Assembly: GCA_028713575.1 (NCBI GenBank)
Contig: JAQTOB010000004.1
Location: forward strand, 5,250-69,249
Length of the DNA: 64,000 nucleotides
Direction of reading: 5' to 3'
Source: Patescibacteria group bacterium
Lineage (GTDB): Bacteria > Patescibacteriota > Patescibacteriia > UBA2591 > UBA6264
The notes under the pieces were generated by a model. It made no database searches. It worked only from the letters and a program-made list of their open reading frames with translations, and was not told the DNA's origin. A program made the translations under genes and the position numbers. This document shows positions 27,719-37,235 of this stretch, piece by piece; the first letter of the stretch is position 1, and each line of letters starts with the position of its first letter.

Positions 27719-28208
27719 AAGGTATTCAAAAAATGGCTGCTAAAATTCTGTATCTCGGAAAAATGCTGGAAAAAATATAGAAAAACGTACGGAACAAAGC
27801 TTTGTCGTTTTTTATCTATGCGCAAGTCCACCCATAGCATTACACCTGTCTGTTTGAGTAGACGAGAGGTTAAAAGGATAGCGGTCGCCGCCTTGGTATC
27901 GGCTACTCTGCCTACGGCGGGGCCTCGCACGTTGTTGACGTTTATCTCGACCACTCCAACGACAACGGGGGCTTTCGGCTCGCGGTCGTGTTTAAAATCA
28001 AGTCCTGACCTTTGATTCCTAATTTCTAATTGATTTGGAGGACTGAGGACTGAAAACTGAAGACTAATTTTAGGGAGCATTAATGATAGATGGAGATGGC
28101 AATACTTTTTATTTCATTTATCCACATCCTTTGAATGAGCGGGTATGTTGACAAAAATTTTGAAGACTATAAACTAAATAATATTAATTTGTAATTTATT
28201 TTATTCTT

Positions 28209-29231
28209 ATGGAAGAAGTAAAAAATTTAGAAATGGCGAAAAAGCCTTGCCGTTGTAAATTCGGCCTTTGGCAAATAATTGCCGCGATTTTACTTATTAT
28301 TACTGTTGTTTCGGTTTTAACCGGAGGGTTTGGTTTAAAATTGTTCGGAGCTTCTCCTGATAAATTAGCCAAACAAACAGTAGAATTTATTAATCAATAT
28401 TTATTACAGGCAGGCTCTACTGCTTCTTTGATTACCTCTGAATGTAATCATAAAGTTTCTCTTTGTAAATTTAAAATTGATGTTTCTGGCGCCGAATATG
28501 ATTCTTATGTGAGCAGTGACGGTCAAATACTTTTCCCCGACGCGATTGAAATAGAGAAATTTAAAGAACAACAAATTTCGGCAAATCAGGAACAGCAGGT
28601 TTCTTTGGAGGATTTGCCCAGAGCTGAAAAACCCGAAGTAGACCTCTTTATTATGTCCTATTGTCCTTATGGTTTGCAGGCGCAAAAGGCCATGTTGCCG
28701 GCAATGGATTTATTAAAGGATAAAGCGGATATTAAAATTCGTTTTGTTGACTACATTATGCACGACAAACAGGAAATAGATGAAAATTTGAGGCAGTATT
28801 GTATTCAAAAGGAAGAACAGGAAAAATATACAGCTTATCTTAATTGTTTTGTAATTGCCGGTGAATTTGAAAAATGTTTAACCGAAGCGAAAATTAATAA
28901 AACAAAAATGAATAATTGTATTTCTCAAACAGATAAAGAATACAAAATTAGCGCCAATTATGAAGATAAGTCAACCTGGCTGAATGGAAATTATCCCGCT
29001 TTTAATGTGGAGGCGGATTTGAATGACCAATATAATGTTCAAGGTTCTCCCACTTTAGTTATTAATGGACAAGAAATTAATGTTAATCGCACCCCTAATG
29101 ATTACAAAGAAGCGATTTGTTTTGGCTTTGAATCAATGCCCGAAGAGTGCGCTCAAGAGCTTTCTGCCCAATCTTCAACGCCCAGTTTTGGTTTAGAGGC
29201 GGGAGAATCAACTGACGCTGAATGCCAATAA
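28209..29231 (+). CDS. Membrane-anchored thioredoxin-fold (DsbA-like) protein with a CPYG active-site variant
   Basis: N-terminal TM helix. MSYCPYGLQA sits at the usual CxxC position. The C-terminal GSPTLVINGQEI resembles the DsbA/thioredoxin-like motif before the final helix. Confidence 0.35.
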   Translation: MEEVKNLEMAKKPCRCKFGLWQIIAAILLIITVVSVLTGGFGLKLFGASPDKLAKQTVEFINQYLLQAGSTASLITSECNHKVSLCKFKIDVSGAEYDSYVSSDGQILFPDAIEIEKFKEQQISANQEQQVSLEDLPRAEKPEVDLFIMSYCPYGLQAQKAMLPAMDLLKDKADIKIRFVDYIMHDKQEIDENLRQYCIQKEEQEKYTAYLNCFVIAGEFEKCLTEAKINKTKMNNCISQTDKEYKISANYEDKSTWLNGNYPAFNVEADLNDQYNVQGSPTLVINGQEINVNRTPNDYKEAICFGFESMPEECAQELSAQSSTPSFGLEAGESTDAECQ

Positions 29232-29244
29232 ATAAATTTTAAAT

Positions 29245-29465
29245 TTTGGGGGCTGGGGTCTGACCCCCTAAACAGACCCCCCAAAACCATTATTAGATTT
29301 GCAAAGTAGAACGATTTTTCTAATTTGGTGCGATTTTGTTGAATTTATTATATCATACCACTACAACTTCTTGCAGGTCAGACCTGCAAGAAGTCTCTGC
29401 AAGAAGTACTGCAAGAAGTAGGGCAAAAATTTTGATTTGGTGTAATTTTGACGGATTTTCATTTT
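29245..29465. repeat. MITE-like element copy (ggggctggggtctgaccccc...tttctaatttggtgcgattttgttgaattt) with an appended hairpin cttcttgcagg-tcaga-cctgcaagaag and half-site echoes
   Basis: Sequence similarity to the elements at 4592, 6455 and 37236. The hairpin is at 29367-29393. Confidence 0.7.
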
Positions 29466-29548
29466 TTTAATTTTAACTAAATTTATTTTGGTAATCTCTC
29501 AAAAAATTTAACCCAAGTTTTATTTTTTTGAGTTTATGTCTCTTAAAT

Positions 29549-30403
29549 ATGTTTGATTTGTTTTTTAATTTTTTACATAATTTTAAACCCCAGCCGATTA
29601 TTTTACGGCTGGGATTTTTTAATGTCTATTGGTATAGTTTTTTAATTGTTTTGGGCCTTGTTTTAGGTTTGATTTTGGTTTTTAAATTGGCTCCGCGATT
29701 TAAAATAAAAAAAGAAAATTTGGAAGATTTGATTTTTTATTTAATTATTGCTGGTTTTATCGGCGCCAGGCTTTATCATGTTTTTTCCGAACTTCCTTAT
29801 TATTTTAAAAATCCGTTAGATGTTTTTAAGGTTTGGAACGGAGGTTTGGGGATTTACGGTGCGATTATCGCCGGTTTGCTTATTTTGTTTTTTTCCGCAA
29901 AAAAATATAAGATAAAATTTTTTGTTTTGGCTGATTTATTTGTGCCTGCTTTGGCTTTGGGTCAGGCTATTGGTCGCTGGGGAAATTATTTTAATCAGGA
30001 AGTTTTTGGCAGGCCGACTGATTTACCTTGGGGAATTTTTATTGAAGCGGCTAATCGGCCATTTGAGTTTTTTTCTGAACAGTATTTCCACCCGACTTTT
30101 TTATATGAATCAATCTGGAATTTTTTGATTTTTTTTGTTTTAATCTTAATGATAAAATCTAATTTTTATAGAAATTTTTTTGGAGAAAATTTTTATGGAG
30201 GTCGGACCTCCAAAGAAAACCGTTCGGGTGTTATTTTTGGATTTTATCTTATGTTTTATTCCTTCGGCCGGTTTTGGCTGGAGTTTATAAGAATTGATTC
30301 CCAACCAATGCTATTGGGACTGAGGCTGGCGCAGGTAATCTCAATTTTAATGTTTATTGTCGGCGGAGTGATATTAATGAGAAAATATAAAATATTAGAA
30401 TAA
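29549..30403 (+). CDS. lgt: Prolipoprotein diacylglyceryl transferase
   Basis: The Lgt signature is GQAIGRWGNYFNQEVFGRPTDLPWGI. It is a multi-TM protein. The ATG at 29549 (MFDLFF...) is preferred over the TTG at 29528. Confidence 0.9.
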   Translation: MFDLFFNFLHNFKPQPIILRLGFFNVYWYSFLIVLGLVLGLILVFKLAPRFKIKKENLEDLIFYLIIAGFIGARLYHVFSELPYYFKNPLDVFKVWNGGLGIYGAIIAGLLILFFSAKKYKIKFFVLADLFVPALALGQAIGRWGNYFNQEVFGRPTDLPWGIFIEAANRPFEFFSEQYFHPTFLYESIWNFLIFFVLILMIKSNFYRNFFGENFYGGRTSKENRSGVIFGFYLMFYSFGRFWLEFIRIDSQPMLLGLRLAQVISILMFIVGGVILMRKYKILE

Positions 30404-30453
30404 AAGAGAATTTGTAATTTATGGTTATTTTTATGCTCCCATATTTTTATTTT

Positions 30454-31107
30454 CTACCCCCGCATCAGGACAATACCCCAAATTTCTTTAGCCCCGGCTT
30501 GATGCAATGATTTTGCCGCTTCCGCCAAGGTGGCGCCAGTGGTTAAAATATCATCAACTAAAACCAAATTGGTTGGACAATCGGCTTTAATCCGGAAAAC
30601 GTTTTTGACGTTATTTTTTCTTTCTTCAGGACTAAGATTTGTTTGAGAGCGCGTGTTTTTAATTTTTTTCAGAATTTTTGTATTTAGGTTTAAATTAAAT
30701 TCCGTGGCTATTTCTTTGGCGATTAGTTCCGATTGATTAAATCCGCGTTGAGCTAATTTTCTTTTGGTTAGGGGGATTGGGATTAAAACAAAATTGTTTT
30801 TTTTCAAATAATCTATGGTCGTGGGCGAATATCTCAAAAATTCAATTAAAAAGGGGATAAGATAATTTAAAATATTTTGGTTAAAGGGCGGGTATTTAAA
30901 ACTTCTAATAGCTTTTTTAATTAAGGGTTGATCATAGTCAAGAACGGTAATGATTTTTTTTAGGTTGCCGAAAGAGGGAAGATATTGTCCAGTGAGAATG
31001 ATTTCCGATAAACAGGTTGGGCAAATCAATTCTCCGGACTTGCCGCAGCCAAGGCAGTTAGATGGCAAAAAAATATCAAGCAATTTTTTTATTTTATTTA
31101 TCCACAT
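30454..31107 (-). CDS. comFC: ComF family competence protein (phosphoribosyltransferase domain)
   Basis: The N-terminal Zn finger is CLGCGK...CPTC. The C-terminal PRTase motif is LVLVDDILTTGATL. Confidence 0.8.
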   Translation of the reverse strand: MWINKIKKLLDIFLPSNCLGCGKSGELICPTCLSEIILTGQYLPSFGNLKKIITVLDYDQPLIKKAIRSFKYPPFNQNILNYLIPFLIEFLRYSPTTIDYLKKNNFVLIPIPLTKRKLAQRGFNQSELIAKEIATEFNLNLNTKILKKIKNTRSQTNLSPEERKNNVKNVFRIKADCPTNLVLVDDILTTGATLAEAAKSLHQAGAKEIWGIVLMRG

Positions 31108-31402
31108 CGGGGTTGTAAAAATAAGATTTTATAGTATAATGATAACATAAAATATAAGAACATTAAAACGCCAGAACACTAGAATATAGTGACAGAAATA
31201 CAATAACTAATTATTCTAATTATTCCAATGAATACCCAATTTCCAACCCCCAATGTCTAAAAATTTTTGGTCATTCAGTCATTGGTTATTGGGATTTTGT
31301 TAGGTCAATTAGAAATTAGGTTAATTAGGTTAATTTTATCTTATTTGTTCCAATGTTCCTATGTTATAATGTTCTAATGTTCTAATATTAAAATGATTTA
31401 TT

Positions 31403-32446
31403 ATGGGGCTTTTTGGTATAAGAAAAAATAAAAGTTTTTTGGGCATTGATATTGGGTCAACCAGCATCAAGTTGGTTGAATTAGGCAAAGAAAACGGTTT
31501 GCCGGTTTTATTGACTTATGGTTATGCCGAGAGGGCGATGAGCGATATTGTTAACGGTGATGCCAAAGAAATTTTGAGTAAAGTGGCAGTTTTGCTTAAA
31601 AAGTTATATACGCAGGCCGGAGCGGACAGCTATCAGGCAGTCACGGCTTTGCCGAATTTTTCAGTTTTCAATTCCGTGATTACCCTGCCGATGATGAGCA
31701 AAAAAGAACTTGATTCTGCGATTCATTGGGAGGCAAAAAAATTTATTCCTATGCCCATTGAAGAAGTAATTTTAGATTGGCGAATTATTGATGTTATTGA
31801 TGTGGATAAAAAAAGAAAAAATTATCGCATTCTTTTAACCGCCGCGGCAAAAAATTTGGTTAAAAGATATGTGGAAATTTTTAAACAAGCCGACCTGCAA
31901 CTTCTTTTTTTGGAAACAGAAGCTTTTGCCTTAGTTCGTTCCTTGCTTGGTAAATCGCAAGCCACTACCATGATTATTGACACCAGTGCCGTCACCACGG
32001 ATATTATTATTATTGAAAAGGGCGTGCCCGCGCTTAATCGTAGCATTGATGTTGGCGGGATTACTATTTCTCAGGCCATTGCCAATGGATTGAGCATTGA
32101 TTTTAAAAGAGCGGAGCAATTTAAAAGAGACATTGGGATGAGCGGTCCTTCAAAAATTTCCCGGGTGATTGAAGAAATTTTAAAACCAGTAGTTGATGAG
32201 ATGAGTTATTCTTTAAGGCTTTATCAGGATCAATCGGGTAAAAAAGTGGAACAAATTATTTTGTCTGGCGGTTCGGCTTATTTGCCGGATTTATCCGATT
32301 ATTTTTCAAAAATTATGAATATACGCGTTATTGTCGGCAATCCTTGGGCCCGTATTTCTTTTAACCAAGAATTAAAGCCGGCCTTGGATGAAGTGGCTCC
32401 GCGTTTTGCCGTTGCCATTGGTTTGGCTTTAAGGGAAATTATTTAA
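31403..32446 (+). CDS. pilM: Type IV pilus assembly protein PilM (actin-like ATPase fold)
   Basis: The N-terminal actin-fold phosphate-1 motif is GIDIGSTSIKLVEL. The gene is the first of the pilMNO-B-T-C arrangement. Confidence 0.85.
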   Translation: MGLFGIRKNKSFLGIDIGSTSIKLVELGKENGLPVLLTYGYAERAMSDIVNGDAKEILSKVAVLLKKLYTQAGADSYQAVTALPNFSVFNSVITLPMMSKKELDSAIHWEAKKFIPMPIEEVILDWRIIDVIDVDKKRKNYRILLTAAAKNLVKRYVEIFKQADLQLLFLETEAFALVRSLLGKSQATTMIIDTSAVTTDIIIIEKGVPALNRSIDVGGITISQAIANGLSIDFKRAEQFKRDIGMSGPSKISRVIEEILKPVVDEMSYSLRLYQDQSGKKVEQIILSGGSAYLPDLSDYFSKIMNIRVIVGNPWARISFNQELKPALDEVAPRFAVAIGLALREII

Positions 32447-32450
32447 TAAT

Positions 32451-33152
32451 ATGGATTTGCAAAAAGATTTGGGAAAAGATAATTCTTCCGATACGGTTAA
32501 AAAAACCGGCTTGTTTAAATCTCTTTTTAAAAAGAGAAAAACAGAAGAAAAGTTAAAAAAAGAATCGGTTTTGAAAAATCTTAAACAAACGTCGGATAAC
32601 GGCGACTTGGGAATCAGCCTGATGCCGGCAAAGGCGATTATCATTCCCCGTATTGTTCATTCAAGAAGTTTATTTTTAATCGCGGCCATTATTGTTATTA
32701 TTAATATTTTTATCATTACTTGGCTTTATCTTGATTGGCATTTTGAAAAAATAGAGAACGCGGTGGCAGAAATTGAAAGAGAAATTCAATTTATGAAAAC
32801 GCAAAGTTTATCCTTGTTAAATGTCAGAGACGAGATAGCCGTTTTGGAAAAAAATGCCGCTCGGGCAGAAAGTATTTTAAACAATCATATTTATTGGACG
32901 AAATTTTTTAGTTTATTGGAAAAATATACTATATCGGATGTTTTTTTCAATGATTTTACCGCCGACACAAGCGGCATTATTCGTTTAGATTCAGTTGGTC
33001 GTGACCTTATTTCCATTGCTAAACAATTTGTCATTTTTTCTCAAGCCCCGGATTTTGTCAAACAAGTGGATGTTTCCGATGTGGTTAATACGGTAAACGG
33101 CATCAGAGCCACCTATACTTTAGTTTTAGAAGATAATGTATTTAAAAGGTAA
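32451..33152 (+). CDS. pilN: PilN-like type IV pilus biogenesis protein
   Basis: K-rich cytoplasmic N-terminus, single TM helix and periplasmic coiled coil. It immediately follows pilM. Confidence 0.5.
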   Translation: MDLQKDLGKDNSSDTVKKTGLFKSLFKKRKTEEKLKKESVLKNLKQTSDNGDLGISLMPAKAIIIPRIVHSRSLFLIAAIIVIINIFIITWLYLDWHFEKIENAVAEIEREIQFMKTQSLSLLNVRDEIAVLEKNAARAESILNNHIYWTKFFSLLEKYTISDVFFNDFTADTSGIIRLDSVGRDLISIAKQFVIFSQAPDFVKQVDVSDVVNTVNGIRATYTLVLEDNVFKR

Positions 33153-33374
33153 GATATGGCAACATTGTAATTAGAAATATTAAGATTAAAACAAACAAGA
33201 TTAATTTTTCCTTATAAATTACAAATTTCTTCGTTCCTCACTCAAGAGCTGCACTTAGGAGATTTGTTCCTAAGTATTTCTGATGGGGGATGCACCCCAT
33301 CAGTTTGCCCCTAACGTCAATTTTAAGTTGTATATTCCAATGTTAAGATGTTAGAATGTTAAAATGATTTTTGT

Positions 33375-33932
33375 ATGGCGCAAATAAAAAAAACAGAAAC
33401 AAAAAAAACAAAACTATACAGAAATGTCATTATTAGATTTTATTGGTTAGTTATTCTTGTTATTTTTCTTTTAAGTTTTTCATTTGAATATTTTGTTATT
33501 ATTAAGCCGAAAATCCAGCAGACAAAAAATAACGGACCACTGGATTTAGCCAGTCGTCAAGTCGTTTTAAATGAACAAAAAGATTATCTTGGAAAATTAA
33601 AGGTCTTAAAAAATGAAGCAGAGAACATTAATCGCGTTGAATTGGAAAAAATAAATTATGTCTTGGCGGAAAAAATAAATGTTTCTGATATTTTAAAACA
33701 AATATCCATCATTTCTCAGCAACCAAAATTTAATCTGGAGGGTTTTAGCTATAAATACGGAGAAGGCGTTTTAATCTTTAATTTTAATTTTGTCGGTGGG
33801 ACTTATCAGGATGTAAAAAAATTCTTGGAAGAAATTGAAAAAAATATCCGCGTTATGGATGTTACCAATATCGCGATTAAAAACGCCGGCGACGGATTTT
33901 CTTTGGTTATAAAAAGTTATTATTTGGAATAA
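33375..33932 (+). CDS. pilO: PilO-like type IV pilus biogenesis protein
   Basis: Single N-terminal TM helix plus periplasmic coiled-coil/ferredoxin-like region. It sits between pilN and pilB. Confidence 0.4.
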   Translation: MAQIKKTETKKTKLYRNVIIRFYWLVILVIFLLSFSFEYFVIIKPKIQQTKNNGPLDLASRQVVLNEQKDYLGKLKVLKNEAENINRVELEKINYVLAEKINVSDILKQISIISQQPKFNLEGFSYKYGEGVLIFNFNFVGGTYQDVKKFLEEIEKNIRVMDVTNIAIKNAGDGFSLVIKSYYLE

Positions 33933-33933
33933 T

Positions 33934-34236
33934 ATGGCCAAAATAGGGAAACAATATCTATTTTTAACAACATTTTTCCTTTTGATTTTAGTTATTGGTT
34001 TTATTGTTTTTAAAAATAGCGATGTTTTTTTAACCCCGGAAATTGAGGTTTCCGGTTTTGAAAAACCGGCTTATTTAAGTCAGCCGATTCCTAAAATAGA
34101 TAAAATAAAAACAATTGTTGATAATCCGAAATTTAAAGAATTGAAATACATTAAAAGTTTTTTTGAGCCGGTGGAGACAACTGTTTCCGGCCGGATTAAT
34201 CCTTTTATTCCTTTTATAAATTTGGAAGAGAAATAA
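33934..34236 (+). CDS. Small membrane-anchored protein in the pilus operon (possible PilP-like)
   Basis: 100 aa with an N-terminal TM helix. The stop/start with neighbours is translationally coupled (ATAATATGG). Confidence 0.25.
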   Translation: MAKIGKQYLFLTTFFLLILVIGFIVFKNSDVFLTPEIEVSGFEKPAYLSQPIPKIDKIKTIVDNPKFKELKYIKSFFEPVETTVSGRINPFIPFINLEEK

Positions 34237-34248
34237 TTTTTATAAATT

Positions 34249-35997
34249 ATGGCCGGACAGACAGATAACAATATTGTGCGTTTTTTAGCCCAACACGGGA
34301 AGATTTCTCAGGAGCAATTTCAGGAGCTTATTGCTGAAGCTCAAGAAGTTAATATCTCTGCGGATCGGCTTTTGGAAACAAAAAAAATTCTTTCAGAAGA
34401 AGATGTCGCTTGGGCCAAAAGTCAGCTTTATAATATTCCCATTGCTGATATTTATGGTATGGTGGTGGACAGAAAAGTTTTAGAAATAATCCCCAAAGAT
34501 GTGGCCGAAAATTATAATGTTGTCGCCTTTGCCAAAGAAAAAGATATTTTAAAAGTGGCGATTCTTGACCCGAGTAATTTTAAGGCGCGTGAAGCGGTGG
34601 AATTTGTCGCCCGAAGAAAAAATTTAAAAGTGGAATTATGTACCGCCGCCACAACAGCCCTGAAAAATATTTTGGCTCAATATGGCGGTTTGTCCGCGGA
34701 GGTTGAAGAAGTGGTTGGCGCGGTTGAATCAAGATTTGCATCAGTGGGCCAAGAGAAGAAAATAACCGGCGAAATGGACATAGAAAAAGCGGGACAAGAA
34801 GCACCCATTGCCAAATTGGTCAGTTCTATTTTAAAATATGCCGTGGACAACCAAGCCTCAGACATTCATATTGAGCCGCTTTTAGATAAAACCAGGGTGC
34901 GTTACCGCTTAGACGGCATTTTAAAAGAGACCGCTCTTTTGCCCGGGCACCTTCATTCTTCTATTATTTCCAGAATAAAAGTGATGGCCAATCTTAAACT
35001 TGATGAAACTAGAGTACCCCAAGACGGCCGTATCCGAATTATGGCTGCCAACAGAAAAATAGACCTTCGTATTTCTGTTCTTCCTCTTTTTGACAAAGAA
35101 AAAGTGGTGATGAGAGTTTTAGACCCGATGCGCAGAGTTTTTGATTTAAAGGATTTGGGGCTTTGGGGGAATGCGCTGGAAGTGGTTAATAAAAATTTAA
35201 CGCGGCCGCACGGATTAATTTTGATTACTGGACCGACTGGTTCTGGTAAAACCACTACGATTTTCGCCGCCATGAAAATTCTTAATCAGCCGGCGGTTAA
35301 TGTGGTGACCCTGGAAGACCCGATAGAATATTTTTTGTCCGGGGCCAACCAGTCGCAAGTTAAGCCAAACATTGGTTATACTTTTGCTTCGGGCTTGCGT
35401 TCAATTGTTCGGCAAGACCCGGACATTATTATGGTGGGCGAAATTCGCGACACGGAAACAGCTGAATTATCTACGCACGCAGCCTTGACCGGTCATGTTG
35501 TTTTGTCTACTCTGCACACCAATGATTCTTTTGGCGCGATTCCTCGTTTAATTGATATGGGCATTGAACCGTTTTTAATTGCCTCTTCAATGAATTTGGT
35601 TATTGCTCAGCGTTTGGTTAGAAAAATTTGTCCTCATTGCGCCGAACAAGTTGAACCCTCGCCACAGATTGAAGAATCAATTGAACAAAGCCTAAAAGAC
35701 ACTAAGGACATTGATTTGGATTATTATCGGGATAAAAAAACTAATCATTTGAAATTTTATCGCGGGCGCGGCTGTTCTCGTTGCAACAATGAAGGTTATC
35801 GCGGTCGTTTAGCCATTTTTGAAGCCTTGGAAATAACTGACGAAATGAAAAAAATTATTACTAGCGGCTGTAGAATAGAAGAAGTTAAAAATGAATTTTG
35901 CCGGCAAAAAATGATTACCATGCTTCAAGACGGATATATCAAAGTTTTGCGCGGAGAAACGACCATTGAAGAAGTTTTAAGGGCCGCCAGAGAGTAA
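34249..35997 (+). CDS. pilB: Type IV pilus assembly ATPase PilB (GspE family)
   Basis: N-terminal GSPII_E_N domain. Walker A is LITGPTGSGKTTT. The Asp/His boxes and the tetracysteine CPHC...CSRC motif are present. Confidence 0.95.
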   Translation: MAGQTDNNIVRFLAQHGKISQEQFQELIAEAQEVNISADRLLETKKILSEEDVAWAKSQLYNIPIADIYGMVVDRKVLEIIPKDVAENYNVVAFAKEKDILKVAILDPSNFKAREAVEFVARRKNLKVELCTAATTALKNILAQYGGLSAEVEEVVGAVESRFASVGQEKKITGEMDIEKAGQEAPIAKLVSSILKYAVDNQASDIHIEPLLDKTRVRYRLDGILKETALLPGHLHSSIISRIKVMANLKLDETRVPQDGRIRIMAANRKIDLRISVLPLFDKEKVVMRVLDPMRRVFDLKDLGLWGNALEVVNKNLTRPHGLILITGPTGSGKTTTIFAAMKILNQPAVNVVTLEDPIEYFLSGANQSQVKPNIGYTFASGLRSIVRQDPDIIMVGEIRDTETAELSTHAALTGHVVLSTLHTNDSFGAIPRLIDMGIEPFLIASSMNLVIAQRLVRKICPHCAEQVEPSPQIEESIEQSLKDTKDIDLDYYRDKKTNHLKFYRGRGCSRCNNEGYRGRLAIFEALEITDEMKKIITSGCRIEEVKNEFCRQKMITMLQDGYIKVLRGETTIEEVLRAARE

Positions 35998-36153
35998 AGA
36001 TTTTTCCCAAAAAGAGTTAGAATTATTACTGAAAGAATTGATAGAAATGACCAAAGTGATTGCTTTAAATATTTTAACCTTAAAAGGTAAAAATAATTTT
36101 ATATTTTAAATTGTCATTTTAATTTTTGAGATTTGCATTTTACGCTTAATTTT

Positions 36154-37227
36154 ATGTCTACTCAAAATGAAATTATTTTAAATCGTATTTGTCAAAATAG
36201 CGCCGAAAAAAGGGCCTCAGAAGTTTATTTATTGCCAGCTCAGCCACCCTTTGTCAGAATTGACGGAAAAATGGGAATTTTGGCCGGCGAAAGCATTATC
36301 ACCGCTTCTTTTATCAACGATTTTTTTAAAAATATTCTTGATGAAAGAGAGCAGTCCGTTTTAGAAAAAGAAAAGCAGATTGAAGTGATAAAAAATATCG
36401 GGAAAATGGGGGAGTGCCAAATAGATATTTATTATCAAAAAAATTCTTTGGCTTGCCGTATAAAATTATTGGCCCAAGAAGTTATTGACTTGGAAAAACT
36501 TGGCTTGCCTAAAATGGTTACTCGTTTTGCGGACTTTTTTAAAGGCATTATTTTTATTGCCGGACCGCGCGATTCAGGTCGTTCCACTTTGGCAAATTCT
36601 ATTTTAAATCATATTAATAAAAATCAAGCTAAATTTATCGCCACCGTAGAAAAACCCATAAAATCAATTTTAATTGGAAGAAGAAGCGTAGTTGAACAAA
36701 GAGAAGTGGGGAAAGATGTTCTTTCTTTTTTGTCCGGTCTCCGTTATATTCGGCAAAGAAATGCTGATGTCGTTTTTGTTTCGCAAATAGATGACGCAGC
36801 GACAATGGATGAAATTTTTGCTATTGTTGAGGCCGGAAGCTTGGTTTTTGCCATTATGGATACGGAATCAGCCATTAAAACAATTAAAAGAATTTTGCAT
36901 TTTTATCCTACTGACAAAGAAGAAACCGCCCGTTATTTTTTAAGTGAAAATTTAGCCGGCATTGTTGTTTCCCGTCTGGTTCCTAAAATTGGTGGTGGCC
37001 GAATTAGGGCTTTGGAGGTTTTGGCCGGTACGCCGGCGGTTCGTTCAATTATCGCCAGTGGACGCTTTCATCAATTAGCCGGTGTTATCCAGGCGACAGA
37101 AGACCAAACCTCTGTTTCTTTAGACCAATCCTTGGTTGACTTAGTCACTTCAGGGAAAGTGGTTTCTGAAGAAGCCATAAAACATTGCAACAACGAAGAA
37201 ATTTTTAGGAATTTGTTGAGAAAATAA
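36154..37227 (+). CDS. pilT: PilT-family retraction-ATPase paralog with degenerate catalytic motifs
   Basis: The PilT-like C-terminus is ALEVLAGTPAVRSIIASGRFHQL...SLDQSLVDLV. Walker A reads AGPRDSGRST (Lys replaced by Arg). Walker B reads DVVFVSQIDD, with Gln in place of the catalytic Glu of GEMRD. Confidence 0.7.
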   Translation: MSTQNEIILNRICQNSAEKRASEVYLLPAQPPFVRIDGKMGILAGESIITASFINDFFKNILDEREQSVLEKEKQIEVIKNIGKMGECQIDIYYQKNSLACRIKLLAQEVIDLEKLGLPKMVTRFADFFKGIIFIAGPRDSGRSTLANSILNHINKNQAKFIATVEKPIKSILIGRRSVVEQREVGKDVLSFLSGLRYIRQRNADVVFVSQIDDAATMDEIFAIVEAGSLVFAIMDTESAIKTIKRILHFYPTDKEETARYFLSENLAGIVVSRLVPKIGGGRIRALEVLAGTPAVRSIIASGRFHQLAGVIQATEDQTSVSLDQSLVDLVTSGKVVSEEAIKHCNNEEIFRNLLRK

Positions 37228-37235
37228 AGAGATAA

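Noticed and set aside
27826-27850. RNase P RNA, based on the AAGUCC...CCAUAG resemblance to the P4 strand
   Set aside because: The motif occurs twice in the window (also at 4481-4505), both times inside repeat-rich intergenic DNA. I could not find the complementary P4 strand (ACAGARCCCGGCUUA-like) or other universal elements. It is kept only as an unexplained segment.
27655-28080. ORFs 27655-28080(-) and 27698-28015(+)
   Set aside because: They overlap each other across the GC-rich segment and the REP palindromes. Neither has a recognisable domain or a plausible start context. They are treated as non-coding.
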